57,824 nucleotides of DNA from the IMG/VR virus record IMGVR_UViG_3300042868_014220; one strand, given 5' to 3'. A model generated the notes under the pieces. It was not told the origin of the DNA. It searched no databases and saw only the letters and a program-made list of their open reading frames with translations. Of the stretch, positions 9,445 through 19,838 are shown one piece after another (position 1 is the first letter of the stretch; each line of letters begins with the position of its first letter). Both the position numbers and the translations under genes were made by a program. This stretch comes from a virus (taxonomy: Duplodnaviria > Heunggongvirae > Uroviricota > Caudoviricetes).

Positions 9445-10653
9445 ATGTCTAAAATCAAAGTATTAGTTGTCCCCTCTGACAGAACAGGTGTGGGTAAATT
9501 TAGGTCTGTAGACCCTCACGTCTTTCTGCAAAATCTATATGGGGATGATTTCCATGTTGATATCATATATGATACACCATACGAAGATTTATCGTTTTGG
9601 ACGCAATATCAAATAATTGCTTTTCATAGAAGCATTGGTCCTGATTTTGATAAATCATGTGAATTAATTCAAAAATTAAATGGATTGGGAGTTGTTACAG
9701 TTTGTGATATTGACGATTATTGGATGCCAGGAAAAGAACACCCAATTCACGATATCATTAGAGTTAACAAGATTAACGAAAAAATTACGGCAAACCTTAG
9801 AGTTTCTAAATACGTAACAACAACCACAACTTTATTTGCCGATGAGATTAAAAAGTTAAATAAGAATGTTGTTATATTCCCTAACGCAATTAATCCTAAT
9901 GAACCTCAGTTTAAAGAACCAACATTAGAATCTGATAGATTAAGAGTTGGTTGGTTAGGTGGTTCTTCTCACTTACACGACCTTCAATTATTAAGTTTAG
10001 GAAAAACACTTGACCTTAAAGATAAATTACAATATGTGTTATGTGGTTTTGATACAAGAGGTAGTGTTACTGAAATCAATCAACAAACAGGTGAACAAAA
10101 GAAAAGAGATATTCTACCTCATGAAACTGTTTGGGCTGAGTATGAAAAAATATTCACAAAAAACCTTAGTACCGTATCGGAAGAGTATAAGAAATACCTA
10201 TTGCAATATACTCAAGAAGAATATCCAAATGAGATAAATGAACCTTATATTAGAGTTTGGACAAAACCTGTAACATCTTATGCTAAAAATTATTCAAAAT
10301 TTGATGTATCTTTGGCACCAATAAAAAATCATATGTTTAATAGAATGAAATCTCAATTAAAAGTTATTGAAGCTGGTTTCTATAAGAAAGCGATTATTGC
10401 GTCTGATTTAGGTCCATATACACTTGACTTGAAACATTGTTTACAAAATGGTAACTTTGTAGATGGAAACGCATTGTTAGTTAGTGAGACTAGAAATCAC
10501 TCCGATTGGTCAAAATACATAGATAAATTGGTTAAAAATCCTAACATGGCTAAAGATATGGGTGAAAGATTATATGAGACAGTTAAAGACAAATATGATT
10601 TAAACACTGTAACAAGAGATAGGGCTTCTTTTTATAAATCAATAATTAAATGA
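9445..10653 (+). CDS. Glycosyltransferase, GT-B fold (GT4-like)
   Basis: DIDDYW, VTTTT..FA, VFPNAIN, RVGWLGGSSHLHDL, DVSLAP...KSQLKVIEAG...IIASD. Confidence 0.75.
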   Translation: MSKIKVLVVPSDRTGVGKFRSVDPHVFLQNLYGDDFHVDIIYDTPYEDLSFWTQYQIIAFHRSIGPDFDKSCELIQKLNGLGVVTVCDIDDYWMPGKEHPIHDIIRVNKINEKITANLRVSKYVTTTTTLFADEIKKLNKNVVIFPNAINPNEPQFKEPTLESDRLRVGWLGGSSHLHDLQLLSLGKTLDLKDKLQYVLCGFDTRGSVTEINQQTGEQKKRDILPHETVWAEYEKIFTKNLSTVSEEYKKYLLQYTQEEYPNEINEPYIRVWTKPVTSYAKNYSKFDVSLAPIKNHMFNRMKSQLKVIEAGFYKKAIIASDLGPYTLDLKHCLQNGNFVDGNALLVSETRNHSDWSKYIDKLVKNPNMAKDMGERLYETVKDKYDLNTVTRDRASFYKSIIK

Positions 10654-11351
10654 TAACAACACCTATAACAAAATTATTATTCTTGGACATTGAAACCGTA
10701 GGTATTCAACCTGATTGGGAATCTTTAGAAAAGAATAGACCCGAATTGGCATTCCAATTCCAAAACTACCACGACTGGTTTCAAAAAAGATTTCCTGAAG
10801 ACGCAGACAAACCTGTAGGTGATATGTTTGTTAACAGAGCAGCATTAGTTCCTGAATTTGCAAGAATTGCTTGTATTAGTGTTGCCTTTGTTACCGAAAA
10901 AGGTGATATTAAAATGCAATCATTCAGTGACCCCGACGAAAAGAAACTATTACAAGACGTTCAAAAACTGTTATATAGAGTTGGTGAACTTGGTTTCCAT
11001 TTATGTGGACACAATGTTAAAGGATTTGATATCCCAATGATGGCAAAGAGAATGATTATGAATGGTGTTATGCCACCTAAGATATTACCAGGTCACGATA
11101 CCAAACCTTGGGAGATTAAAGCGTTGGACACCAAAGAAGTTTGGCAATACGGTGGATATGGTTCAATTGCATCCTTAGAGCTTATGTGTGTTTGTTTGGG
11201 TGTTGAGTCCTCAAAGACAATGGAAGTGACTGGTAATAAAGTTCACGACGCTTTTTGGGTTAAAAAAGATATTGAAGGAATTGTAAAATACTGCGAAAAA
11301 GATGTAACAGTATTAATTGAAGTAATAAAAAAATTAAACGAATTAAAGTAA
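10650..11351 (+). CDS. 3'-5' exonuclease, PolB-exo-like (DEDDy)
   Basis: ExoI FLDIETV, ExoII GHNVKGFDIP, ExoIII YCEKDV. Confidence 0.8.
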   Translation: MITTPITKLLFLDIETVGIQPDWESLEKNRPELAFQFQNYHDWFQKRFPEDADKPVGDMFVNRAALVPEFARIACISVAFVTEKGDIKMQSFSDPDEKKLLQDVQKLLYRVGELGFHLCGHNVKGFDIPMMAKRMIMNGVMPPKILPGHDTKPWEIKALDTKEVWQYGGYGSIASLELMCVCLGVESSKTMEVTGNKVHDAFWVKKDIEGIVKYCEKDVTVLIEVIKKLNELK

Positions 11352-11977
11352 TGCAAAATATTAGTGGATTAGATGGTTTATACGACCCAAAACTTAGAGA
11401 AGACATTGAAGCTCAATTTGAGAGAATTAAACAAGAGATGGGGTTTGAACCTGACGAAAATTACGAAAAAGAATTAGAAGAGATGTTAGGACTTTCATTT
11501 GAAGAAATGGAAAATGATATTAATAAATCATTGATGACAAAAACAATTAAAGTTGAGTTAACTGAGGACGATTCTGTTATGCCGTCATACGCATACCCAT
11601 CAGATTCAGGATTTGATTTATATTCAACCAAGGAACTTGAAATTGGTTCATTTGGTAGAGTATTGGTACCGACAGGAATAAAACTTTCTTTCCCTGAAGG
11701 ATATGAAATACAAGTTAGACCCAAAAGTGGTTTAGCCCTAAAACAAGGTTTAACGGTTCTTAACACACCAGGAACTGTTGACCAAGGATATACAGGTGAA
11801 ATACAAGTAATCGTATTCAACACCAACAATTATTCAGTTATGATACCAAAAGGAATGAAAATCGCTCAAGCGGTTCTATGTCCCGTAGTTTCTGGTAAGA
11901 TGGTTGAGTTTGAATTGGTAGGTTCAGTGGAAGATAAAGATAGGGGTGATAACGGATTTGGTTCAACAGGAATTTAA
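11351..11977 (+). CDS. dut: Trimeric dUTPase with acidic N-terminal extension
   Basis: SGFDLY, QVRPKSGLA, NTPGTVDQGYTGEI, KIAQAV, RGDNGFGSTG (all five motifs). Confidence 0.95.
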   Translation: MQNISGLDGLYDPKLREDIEAQFERIKQEMGFEPDENYEKELEEMLGLSFEEMENDINKSLMTKTIKVELTEDDSVMPSYAYPSDSGFDLYSTKELEIGSFGRVLVPTGIKLSFPEGYEIQVRPKSGLALKQGLTVLNTPGTVDQGYTGEIQVIVFNTNNYSVMIPKGMKIAQAVLCPVVSGKMVEFELVGSVEDKDRGDNGFGSTGI

Positions 11978-11978
11978 A

Positions 11979-13604
11979 ATGATAACAATAGGATATTCAA
12001 CAAGAGAACATAACCCAAAATTTATTGAATACTTGAAGAAAAGTTCAGGAAATAAAAAAGTTGAGGTTATTGAGAAAGTTAACAACGGGGAGAAGTCCCT
12101 ATCTCAAGTTTACAATGAAATACTTGAGGAGGCTAGTAACGATATTGTAGTTTTGTGTCACGATGACATTTATTTTGAAACTTCAAGTTGGTATTATAAA
12201 CTTAAATCACATTTTGAAGAAAGTGATTATGGTATTTTAGGTGTTGCAGGAACCACAGAGATGCCAACATCTGGTAGATGGTGGGACTCAAGAAGAAAAA
12301 TGATGGGTACCGTAAACCACGAAAGTGGTGGAAAAAAATGGACATCAAAATATTGTGATGATTTTGGTAAATCAATTAAACAATCAGTAATTGTTGATGG
12401 TCTTTTCATTGCTTTAAGTAAATCAAGAATTAAAAATAATTTTGACGAAGAATTTAAAGGATTCCACTTTTATGATATTGGATTTTGTTTTAAAAATCAT
12501 TTAGATGGAGTTAAAATTGGTGTTATTTCAAATATTAGAATTACTCACAAATCTATTGGTGAAACTAATGAACAATGGGAACAAAACAGAGAATTCTTCG
12601 CCACAAAATATAATGACAGTTTACCAACTAAGATTCCATTTGACCCAAATACAAGATTAAAAGTATTATTATCTTGTATTTCATTTAGGAACTTTACAGG
12701 CTCAGAATTATATGTTTATGAACTTGCCAAAAGTTTAATGAAACTAAATTGTAGTGTTACAGTTCTTTCTCAGGTTGGGGGTCCATTAACTGATATGGCA
12801 AAAAAAATAGGTATTAAATGTCTTTCATTTGAAAATGCGCCAGGATTTAAACTTGGTGATGGACAATGGGGGATGAATACACCTGAAGGATTTAAACCAT
12901 CAACACTTAATGCGTTATATAGAATCTCAGAGGTTGATTTTGATATCGTACATTTCCAACACAAACCTGTGGCAGAAAGGATTCTTAATATGTATCCTGA
13001 ATTACCTAAAATAGCTGCAATTCATTCTGAAGTAATTTCTTTGGAGGACCCAGTTAAAGATAATACAATTAAAAAATACATTGCAATTCGTCCTGAAATA
13101 AAAGAACATATGGTTAATAATTTTGAAATACCTGAAGAAATGATTGAAGTTATTTACAACCCTGTAGATAATGAAAAATTTAAACCTAAAGATGTTTCGG
13201 AAGAAAATTATGTTTTATTTGTAGGAACAATAGATTACTTAAGAAAAGAAACCATTTTAGATTTAATGGAATACACAAGAGAAATTGGAAAAGAATTGTG
13301 GTTAGTCGGTGAAAATAATGGAAATTATTTAGAAAATCTTTTATTTGAAGAACATGTTAAACATTTCCCATCAACTTGGGATGTTGAAGATTTTATTTCA
13401 AAGGCATATGAAACGGCAGGAATTCAACTAGGTAGAACTACGATTGAAAGTTGGATGTGTGGTAAATCAAGTTGGATATATAAAGTAGATAAAGGTGGAT
13501 TTATTTTGTCGAAAGAAAAACACGGACCTCCATCCGATATTGAAAAATACCATACAATGAACGTTGCACAACAAATAAAAGATGAGTACATTAAACTACT
13601 ATGA
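11979..13604 (+). CDS. Fused glycosyltransferase: N-terminal GT-A (GT2-like) and C-terminal GT-B (GT4-like)
   Basis: LSQVYNEIL...VLCHDDI...FHFYDI in the N-half; FTGSELYVYELAKSL, IYNPVD, GRTTIESWMCG in the C-half. Start moved to ATG 11979, just after the dut stop. Confidence 0.75.
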   Translation: MITIGYSTREHNPKFIEYLKKSSGNKKVEVIEKVNNGEKSLSQVYNEILEEASNDIVVLCHDDIYFETSSWYYKLKSHFEESDYGILGVAGTTEMPTSGRWWDSRRKMMGTVNHESGGKKWTSKYCDDFGKSIKQSVIVDGLFIALSKSRIKNNFDEEFKGFHFYDIGFCFKNHLDGVKIGVISNIRITHKSIGETNEQWEQNREFFATKYNDSLPTKIPFDPNTRLKVLLSCISFRNFTGSELYVYELAKSLMKLNCSVTVLSQVGGPLTDMAKKIGIKCLSFENAPGFKLGDGQWGMNTPEGFKPSTLNALYRISEVDFDIVHFQHKPVAERILNMYPELPKIAAIHSEVISLEDPVKDNTIKKYIAIRPEIKEHMVNNFEIPEEMIEVIYNPVDNEKFKPKDVSEENYVLFVGTIDYLRKETILDLMEYTREIGKELWLVGENNGNYLENLLFEEHVKHFPSTWDVEDFISKAYETAGIQLGRTTIESWMCGKSSWIYKVDKGGFILSKEKHGPPSDIEKYHTMNVAQQIKDEYIKLL

Positions 13605-14758
13605 TAATTGGTGTTATAGGTGGTAGTGAAGTAGGTTTATCTTTTGCATTATTATGTGAAAAAATAGGATATGATGTAATTGTTTCGGATGTTGAAGAAG
13701 ATTATATCTATAACCTCAACAATAAAATTTGTTTAATAAATGAACCAATGGTTCAATCAATGTTATTGAGTTCTACTAATTTTAGTGCAACTACAGATAA
13801 CATGGAGTTAATGAAAATTTCCGATATGATTTTTACTTTCATATCAACACCACAATCAATTGAAGGTAATCTTGACACAAAGAATGTTTTTGATGTTATG
13901 TCTAATTTTTATAGTTTATCATCATTAGATGTTCCTCTATACAATAAAAAATTTATTGTGTGTAGTACAACAAATCCTGGTGATGTCGGTCAAATTCAAA
14001 CCAGATTGTATCCTTATAATGTACAAGTCGCATACGTATCAGAATTTACATCTAAAGGTGATATTGTTAAAGGTTTTCAACAATCTGATGTATTATTAAT
14101 AGGGACCGAATACCAAGAGTTTGCAAACGAATTAATAGGACTTTATACTAAGATTCAAACTACACCTCTAAATGCTTATGTAATGTCAATTAAAGCTGCC
14201 GAGATAACTAAAATAGGTATCAATAGTTTAATTGCAACAAAAATAACTTACGCAAATATGTTAGGCGAAACAATGATTAATTCAGGAATTGAAGATGAAA
14301 TCAATATGGTTTTAACTGCAGTTTGTGGTGATTCAAAAATTGACAAAAAACACATAAAATATGGGTTTGGATTCGGTGGACCATCAATACCAAAAGATAA
14401 TAGAGTATTTGGAAATTACTTAAATTCAGTGGGGGTTGACTTTAACTTACCACTAACAATTAACGATTACAATAAAAAACATTCAGAATTTTTAAAGAAT
14501 TATTATACACAAAAAAACCCCGACAGAACAATCCCATTTGTTATGGACGGCATATCTCATAAAAAAGGGTTTGATGTTGTAGAAGAGTCACAACAGTTTC
14601 AATTATGTGTTGATTTATTGGGTGAGGGTTATACTTTATACGTCATAGAAATTAACGAAATTACCAAAAAATTAACTTCTATGAGTGATTCTTATAGTAA
14701 CCGACTTAAATTTTTTAAACCAGGAACAACTCCGCAAGGATACAAAATTACACTATAA
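13601..14758 (+). CDS. UDP-glucose/GDP-mannose dehydrogenase-family protein, divergent (catalytic Cys replaced by Ser)
   Basis: Rossmann-like start IGVIGGSEVG, FISTP, STTNPG, AEITKIGINSLIATKITYAN, GFGFGGPSIPKD. Confidence 0.75.
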   Translation: MIIGVIGGSEVGLSFALLCEKIGYDVIVSDVEEDYIYNLNNKICLINEPMVQSMLLSSTNFSATTDNMELMKISDMIFTFISTPQSIEGNLDTKNVFDVMSNFYSLSSLDVPLYNKKFIVCSTTNPGDVGQIQTRLYPYNVQVAYVSEFTSKGDIVKGFQQSDVLLIGTEYQEFANELIGLYTKIQTTPLNAYVMSIKAAEITKIGINSLIATKITYANMLGETMINSGIEDEINMVLTAVCGDSKIDKKHIKYGFGFGGPSIPKDNRVFGNYLNSVGVDFNLPLTINDYNKKHSEFLKNYYTQKNPDRTIPFVMDGISHKKGFDVVEESQQFQLCVDLLGEGYTLYVIEINEITKKLTSMSDSYSNRLKFFKPGTTPQGYKITL

Positions 14759-14759
14759 A

Positions 14760-15473
14760 ATGATAATATTAACCACAACATATAATTGTGAAAATTATGT
14801 AGAAAAATCTTTATTGAGTATTATGTCTCAAAGATTTAGAGATTTTAAATGTTACATTACTGACGATATGTCAACTGATAATACTGTTGATGTGATAAAA
14901 AAAACCATAAATGGAGATAATCGATTTATATTAATTGAGAATAAAACAAAAATGTTTCAAGCTGGTAACTATGACCAAGTAATTCGTGGTTTAAACGCTC
15001 ACGATGATGAGATATGTATTGAAGTAGATGGTGATGATTGGTTACCAAACCCAAATGTTTTTACTCTAATTAATGAAGTGTATCAAGACCCTGATGTATG
15101 GATTACCAGTGGTTCATTCAAGTACCACGACGGTAGACCAGGGTTTGCAAATCCACCAACTAACTTTACAAACATAAGAAAACAAACTTTCACATTATCT
15201 CATTTAAGAACTTGGAAATCTTGGTTATGGAAAAAAATTAAACCAGAAGATTTAAGAGATAGTAATGGTAACTTATGGGAAATTGCCTGTGATTTAGCAT
15301 TTATGTTTCCAATGGTTGAAATGGCAGGTGAAAAACATTTTAAGTTTTTACCAACAATTAATTACATATATAACGAATTAAACCCATTAAACGAACATAA
15401 AGTTAATTTACCAAAAGTATCCGCCACGGCTAATATTATTAGAAATAAACCATCATATAGTAAAGTAGAATAA
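14760..15473 (+). CDS. Glycosyltransferase family 2
   Basis: TTTYNCENYV..SL.SI..Q, ITDDMSTDNT, EVDGDDWL; start moved to ATG 14760. Confidence 0.85.
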   Translation: MIILTTTYNCENYVEKSLLSIMSQRFRDFKCYITDDMSTDNTVDVIKKTINGDNRFILIENKTKMFQAGNYDQVIRGLNAHDDEICIEVDGDDWLPNPNVFTLINEVYQDPDVWITSGSFKYHDGRPGFANPPTNFTNIRKQTFTLSHLRTWKSWLWKKIKPEDLRDSNGNLWEIACDLAFMFPMVEMAGEKHFKFLPTINYIYNELNPLNEHKVNLPKVSATANIIRNKPSYSKVE

Positions 15474-16162
15474 TGAAAATTTCAATTTGTATTCCAACAT
15501 GGGAACAATATGGTAGAGGTGTTGAATTTTTAAGAAATAACTTTGACCATATTTTAACTCAAACATATAAAAATTTTAATGTAATAATTTCAGACCATAG
15601 TAAAAATAATGATATTGAATTGTTATGTAATTTTTATTCCGATAAATTTGAAATCAAATACTTTAAAAACGAAAATCTTTATGGTAACGGTCCTGCCAAC
15701 ACAAATAACACAATAATTAATGCGGATGGAGACATAGTTAAAATCATTTTTCAAGATGATTTTTTGTATCAAGATAATGCGTTAGAATTAATAGTAAAAG
15801 AATTTGAAAATGATGAGTGTAATTGGTTAGTCAGTGGATGTAACCATACCCATGACGATGGTCAAACTTTTTCAAATTTTATGATTCCTCATTGGAATGA
15901 TAAAATTGTCATGGGAGTTAATACAATTAGTTCTCCATCTGTCTTATCTTTTAGAAATAACAATCCTTGTCTTTTTGATGAAGAATTAACAATGTTAATG
16001 GATTGTGAAATGTATTATCAACTTTACATTAGATACGGATTACCTAAAATTATATCTGATTATTTAATCACAAATAGGATGCATCAACATCAAATTAGTA
16101 GTTTATATAATAAAGATATATGGTCAGAAATAACTTACATAAAAAACAAATATAACATATGA
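15473..16162 (+). CDS. Glycosyltransferase family 2
   Basis: MKISICIPTW, IISDHS, N.G..ANTN, IFQDDF, LMDCEMY. Confidence 0.85.
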   Translation: MKISICIPTWEQYGRGVEFLRNNFDHILTQTYKNFNVIISDHSKNNDIELLCNFYSDKFEIKYFKNENLYGNGPANTNNTIINADGDIVKIIFQDDFLYQDNALELIVKEFENDECNWLVSGCNHTHDDGQTFSNFMIPHWNDKIVMGVNTISSPSVLSFRNNNPCLFDEELTMLMDCEMYYQLYIRYGLPKIISDYLITNRMHQHQISSLYNKDIWSEITYIKNKYNI

Positions 16163-16884
16163 AAACAAAACAACAAATAATTGAAACTATTGGAAATTGT
16201 CATGTTCCATATGTTGATTCTTTTCACTTAAACGGTGTTAATTATGGTAGAAGTTTATTTAATTTAGATTGGATACAATTTTTAATTGAATCTCCAAAAA
16301 TAATTTTTGATATTGGATGTTATGATGGTGGTGATAGTATAAGATTTAAACAAGGATTTCCTATTTCTGAAGTTTATTCATTTGAAGCCTCCCCAACAAG
16401 AATTAATATGTTAAAAAATACTTCAGCGCAATATGGTATTAATGTTGTTGAAAAAGCTGTGTGTGAATATGACGGAACAATTGATTTCTATGAATCTTTA
16501 ATTGATAGGACAAGGGTTGACGCTCAAGGTTCTATTTTTAAACATACCGATTTTTACAAAAACAAATACCCACAAGTTTTTCAAAATTCAGAACATGTTG
16601 AAGTACCTTGTACAACAATTGAATCTTTTTGTCTTCATAATAATATTGAAGAGATAGATTTTGCACACATTGATGTTGAGGGTGCGGAATTAAATGTAAT
16701 TAAAGGTTTTGGTAAATTTCTACCAAAAATGGTTTTTATTGAAACTTTAGGAGATGAGATGTTTCATGGTGGTACAAAAAAAGAAGATGTACATGATTTA
16801 TTATTGTCTTACGGATATTTTTTAGCAAAAGATTTAACTACCGATAGATTATATATACTTGAAACTATTGTTACAAATGATTGA
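16159..16884 (+). CDS. FkbM-family SAM-dependent methyltransferase
   Basis: IFDIGCYDG, VYSFEASP, TTIESF, IDFAHIDVEGAELNVIKG. Confidence 0.85.
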   Translation: MKTKQQIIETIGNCHVPYVDSFHLNGVNYGRSLFNLDWIQFLIESPKIIFDIGCYDGGDSIRFKQGFPISEVYSFEASPTRINMLKNTSAQYGINVVEKAVCEYDGTIDFYESLIDRTRVDAQGSIFKHTDFYKNKYPQVFQNSEHVEVPCTTIESFCLHNNIEEIDFAHIDVEGAELNVIKGFGKFLPKMVFIETLGDEMFHGGTKKEDVHDLLLSYGYFLAKDLTTDRLYILETIVTND

Positions 16885-17584
16885 AACATTTATTACTGTT
16901 CATGACCAAGACATCGTTTTAAAAAACGAAGAATCTCAAAAATATTCTAATTTAACTAAATATAGATATGTTTTTGTAGGAAATAATGATGTCTCTAAGA
17001 TAACCCATTTAGATAATGTTATTTTTGCAAAAAATTATGAAGATAATATTGAACATTTAAATTATTTTCTTGATTTTACTTCATGGTATTTAATCATTAA
17101 AAATGATTTAATAAAAACAGATTTTGTTTCTTTAATTCAATATGATACAGATATAAAAAATTCATTTGAAATTAAAACGATTAACAATTTAAACTCAACC
17201 CCAAACTCAATTATTGGGTATGTACCATATCCTATGGCTTATTGTGATTTTTTAGATTGTTGTAAGGGTACGGAATTATTAGATAATTCATTAACAAATG
17301 TTTATAACTTAAAAGTTTATGATGTTGTTGACGAACATATTAAAAAAACATCTGACACTTTATGGCCGTCGTCAAATAATATAGCGACCACAAAATCAAT
17401 ATTAAAAAAATTGGTAAATTGGTTTGAGCCTATGGTTTACGACATGGGTAATTTGAAATATTCAGGTCACGCATTTGAAAGAGTTATTAAGATATTCTCA
17501 ATCATTAATAACATTGGGAATTCATATGTTAATGATGTTCTTATTCATCATCAAATGGATTCTCATAAAACACAAAAAGGATAA
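16877..17584 (+). CDS. Hypothetical protein, possibly a GT-A-like glycan enzyme
   Basis: 235 aa; FVSLIQYD and GHAFER resemble motifs in polysaccharide-locus proteins. Start moved to ATG 16877. Confidence 0.45.
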   Translation: MIETFITVHDQDIVLKNEESQKYSNLTKYRYVFVGNNDVSKITHLDNVIFAKNYEDNIEHLNYFLDFTSWYLIIKNDLIKTDFVSLIQYDTDIKNSFEIKTINNLNSTPNSIIGYVPYPMAYCDFLDCCKGTELLDNSLTNVYNLKVYDVVDEHIKKTSDTLWPSSNNIATTKSILKKLVNWFEPMVYDMGNLKYSGHAFERVIKIFSIINNIGNSYVNDVLIHHQMDSHKTQKG

Positions 17585-17606
17585 AAAAAAATAAAAAGAA
17601 TAAAAA

Positions 17607-18242
17607 ATGGAAAATTTAAAAATGGATAACGAAATGTTATTCTCAATCGCCTCTATTAGTGAGGGTCATCACAAAGTTAAATATAGAGGTATTAAACTAA
17701 TTAAAGACCCTTTTGATTATTTGTTATACCAAATGATAATAAATGAAGTTAAACCTGATTTAATAATAGAAATTGGAACTAATCATGGAGCGTCGGCATT
17801 ATACATGGCGGATATGTTAGATTTGATTGGTAATAGTGGTGTAATACATACTATAGATATTATGGAATATCCTATGGATAGTTTAGTTTTAAATCATCCA
17901 AGAATTGTTAGATTTTTGGGAGGTTTTCAAAGTTATAATTTAGAAAACGCCAAAGGATTTAATACCATATTGGTCATTGATGATGGTTCTCATTTATATG
18001 GTGATGTTAATGGCGTTATGGATAAATTTAAAGATATTGTTTCCGTTAATTCTTATTTAATAATTGAAGATGGAATGTTAATTCATATTGGACTTGAACA
18101 ACAGTATGATGGGGGTCCATTGAGAGCAATTAGCGAATTTCTACCCAACAACCCTAATTTCCAAATTGATAGAAAATGGTGTGATTTTTTTGGTAAAAAT
18201 GCAACTTTCAATCCAAATGGATTTCTTAAAAAAATATACTAA
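17607..18242 (+). CDS. CmcI/cephalosporin-hydroxylase-like O-methyltransferase
   Basis: KDPFDYLLYQMII.EVKPDLIIEIGT..G.S, VIDDGSH, YLIIEDG, TFNPNGFLKK. Confidence 0.85.
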   Translation: MENLKMDNEMLFSIASISEGHHKVKYRGIKLIKDPFDYLLYQMIINEVKPDLIIEIGTNHGASALYMADMLDLIGNSGVIHTIDIMEYPMDSLVLNHPRIVRFLGGFQSYNLENAKGFNTILVIDDGSHLYGDVNGVMDKFKDIVSVNSYLIIEDGMLIHIGLEQQYDGGPLRAISEFLPNNPNFQIDRKWCDFFGKNATFNPNGFLKKIY

Positions 18243-18251
18243 ATCATTAAT

Positions 18252-19052
18252 ATGTATAACATATCAGTCATTTCAGGATTTGGGTTAGATGTTAATTTTC
18301 AAACTGATAAACCTTGTGAACTATACGTTGACAGAATTCCTATTACCCCAAAAACTTCGGTAAGGGTTTTATGGGTTTTAGAACCAAATGAAATTTCAGG
18401 TTTTAAACAATCAGTAATAAATAATTACGATAAATTTGATTTAATTTTGACTTGGGATAAAAATATTTTATTGTCTTGCCCAAATGCAAAATTATTTCCT
18501 TATGGAACAACTTGGATTAAGGATTTTGAATTCCCTGGTCAAAAAGAATATTGTATTACAACGTTAATTGGTGGAAAAACGATGGTTTCGGGTCATTATT
18601 TAAGACATCAAATACCTGAGATAAGTAAATTAATAACATCAATTCCTGTTCATTTATACAATAGTATAAACACATCTTTTAAACAATTGCCAGAATTAAG
18701 ACAAATGGTAAGTACATCATCGAAAAACGAATTATTTTATTCTCAATTTCATATTGTAATTGAGAATGTCACTTCAGATAATTGGTTTACCGAAAAAATC
18801 GTTGATTGTTTCCAAACAAAAACAATTCCGATTTATATTGGATGTGAAAATATTGGTGATTTTTTTGACATAAAAGGAATATTTCATATTAAATCATTGG
18901 AAGAAATGGTTGAAGTATGTAATAACATCACACCTGAAACATATCAAAATATGTTAGACTATGTTAATATAAACTATGAAAAGTCTATGAACTATCACGA
19001 CCATAAAAAACGTCTTGAAGATGCGGTTAACTTATTTATTTCAAATAACTAA
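18252..19052 (+). CDS. GT10-like (alpha-1,3/4-fucosyltransferase family) glycosyltransferase
   Basis: QFHIVIENV..DNWFTEKIVDCF...TIPIYIG matches the GT10 C-terminal motif. Confidence 0.7.
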   Translation: MYNISVISGFGLDVNFQTDKPCELYVDRIPITPKTSVRVLWVLEPNEISGFKQSVINNYDKFDLILTWDKNILLSCPNAKLFPYGTTWIKDFEFPGQKEYCITTLIGGKTMVSGHYLRHQIPEISKLITSIPVHLYNSINTSFKQLPELRQMVSTSSKNELFYSQFHIVIENVTSDNWFTEKIVDCFQTKTIPIYIGCENIGDFFDIKGIFHIKSLEEMVEVCNNITPETYQNMLDYVNINYEKSMNYHDHKKRLEDAVNLFISNN

Positions 19053-19055
19053 AAT

Positions 19056-19838
19056 ATGGATACAGTCTCAACAAGATTAATGGGTGGTTTAGGAAACATG
19101 ATGTTTCAAATTGCAACGGCATATAGTGTTGCTCTTAGAGATAATAAAGAAATGATTTGTGACACTAGAGATATGGTCATACCTCACAAACCATATACAT
19201 TCTATTCTGATAATATTCTCAGAAAAGTAAAATGTTCTTATACCCCAACGAATCAAAGACATATTGGTGAACAAGGTTTTCAATATTTTCCAATACCAAA
19301 ATTTGACGGAAATGTGAAATTAATTGGTCACTTTCAAAGTGAAAAATATTTTATAAACCATAAAAATGAAATATTAGATTTGTTTGAAATTAATGATAAA
19401 ACTAAAAATAATTTATTAGAAAAGTATGGTGATATTATAGGTAAAGATACTTGTTCAATTCATGTGAGAAGAGGTGATTATCTTGGATTACCGAATCATC
19501 ATCCAACACAATCAATTGACTATTATAAAAATGCAATTAAAATTATCGGTGAAGATAAACATTATCTAATATTTTCGGATGACATTGAATGGTGTAAAGA
19601 AAATTTTGATTTCATTGAGAACAAAACTTTTATTTCTGACAATATAGATTATGAAGACCTATACTTAATGTCTATGTGTAAAAATAACATAATTGCCAAT
19701 TCAACTTTTAGCTGGTGGGGAGCTTGGTTAAATAAAAATGAGAATAAACAGGTAATAATACCTAGTAAATGGTTTGGGGATGCCTACTCATCTTTCAAAA
19801 CTGAAGACCTATATTGTAACAATTGGATTAAACTATGA
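19056..19838 (+). CDS. GT11 alpha-1,2-fucosyl(colitosyl)transferase
   Basis: GGLGNMMFQ, GHFQSEKYF, SIHVRRGDY, IFSDDIEWC, IIANSTFSWWGAWL. Confidence 0.92.
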   Translation: MDTVSTRLMGGLGNMMFQIATAYSVALRDNKEMICDTRDMVIPHKPYTFYSDNILRKVKCSYTPTNQRHIGEQGFQYFPIPKFDGNVKLIGHFQSEKYFINHKNEILDLFEINDKTKNNLLEKYGDIIGKDTCSIHVRRGDYLGLPNHHPTQSIDYYKNAIKIIGEDKHYLIFSDDIEWCKENFDFIENKTFISDNIDYEDLYLMSMCKNNIIANSTFSWWGAWLNKNENKQVIIPSKWFGDAYSSFKTEDLYCNNWIKL

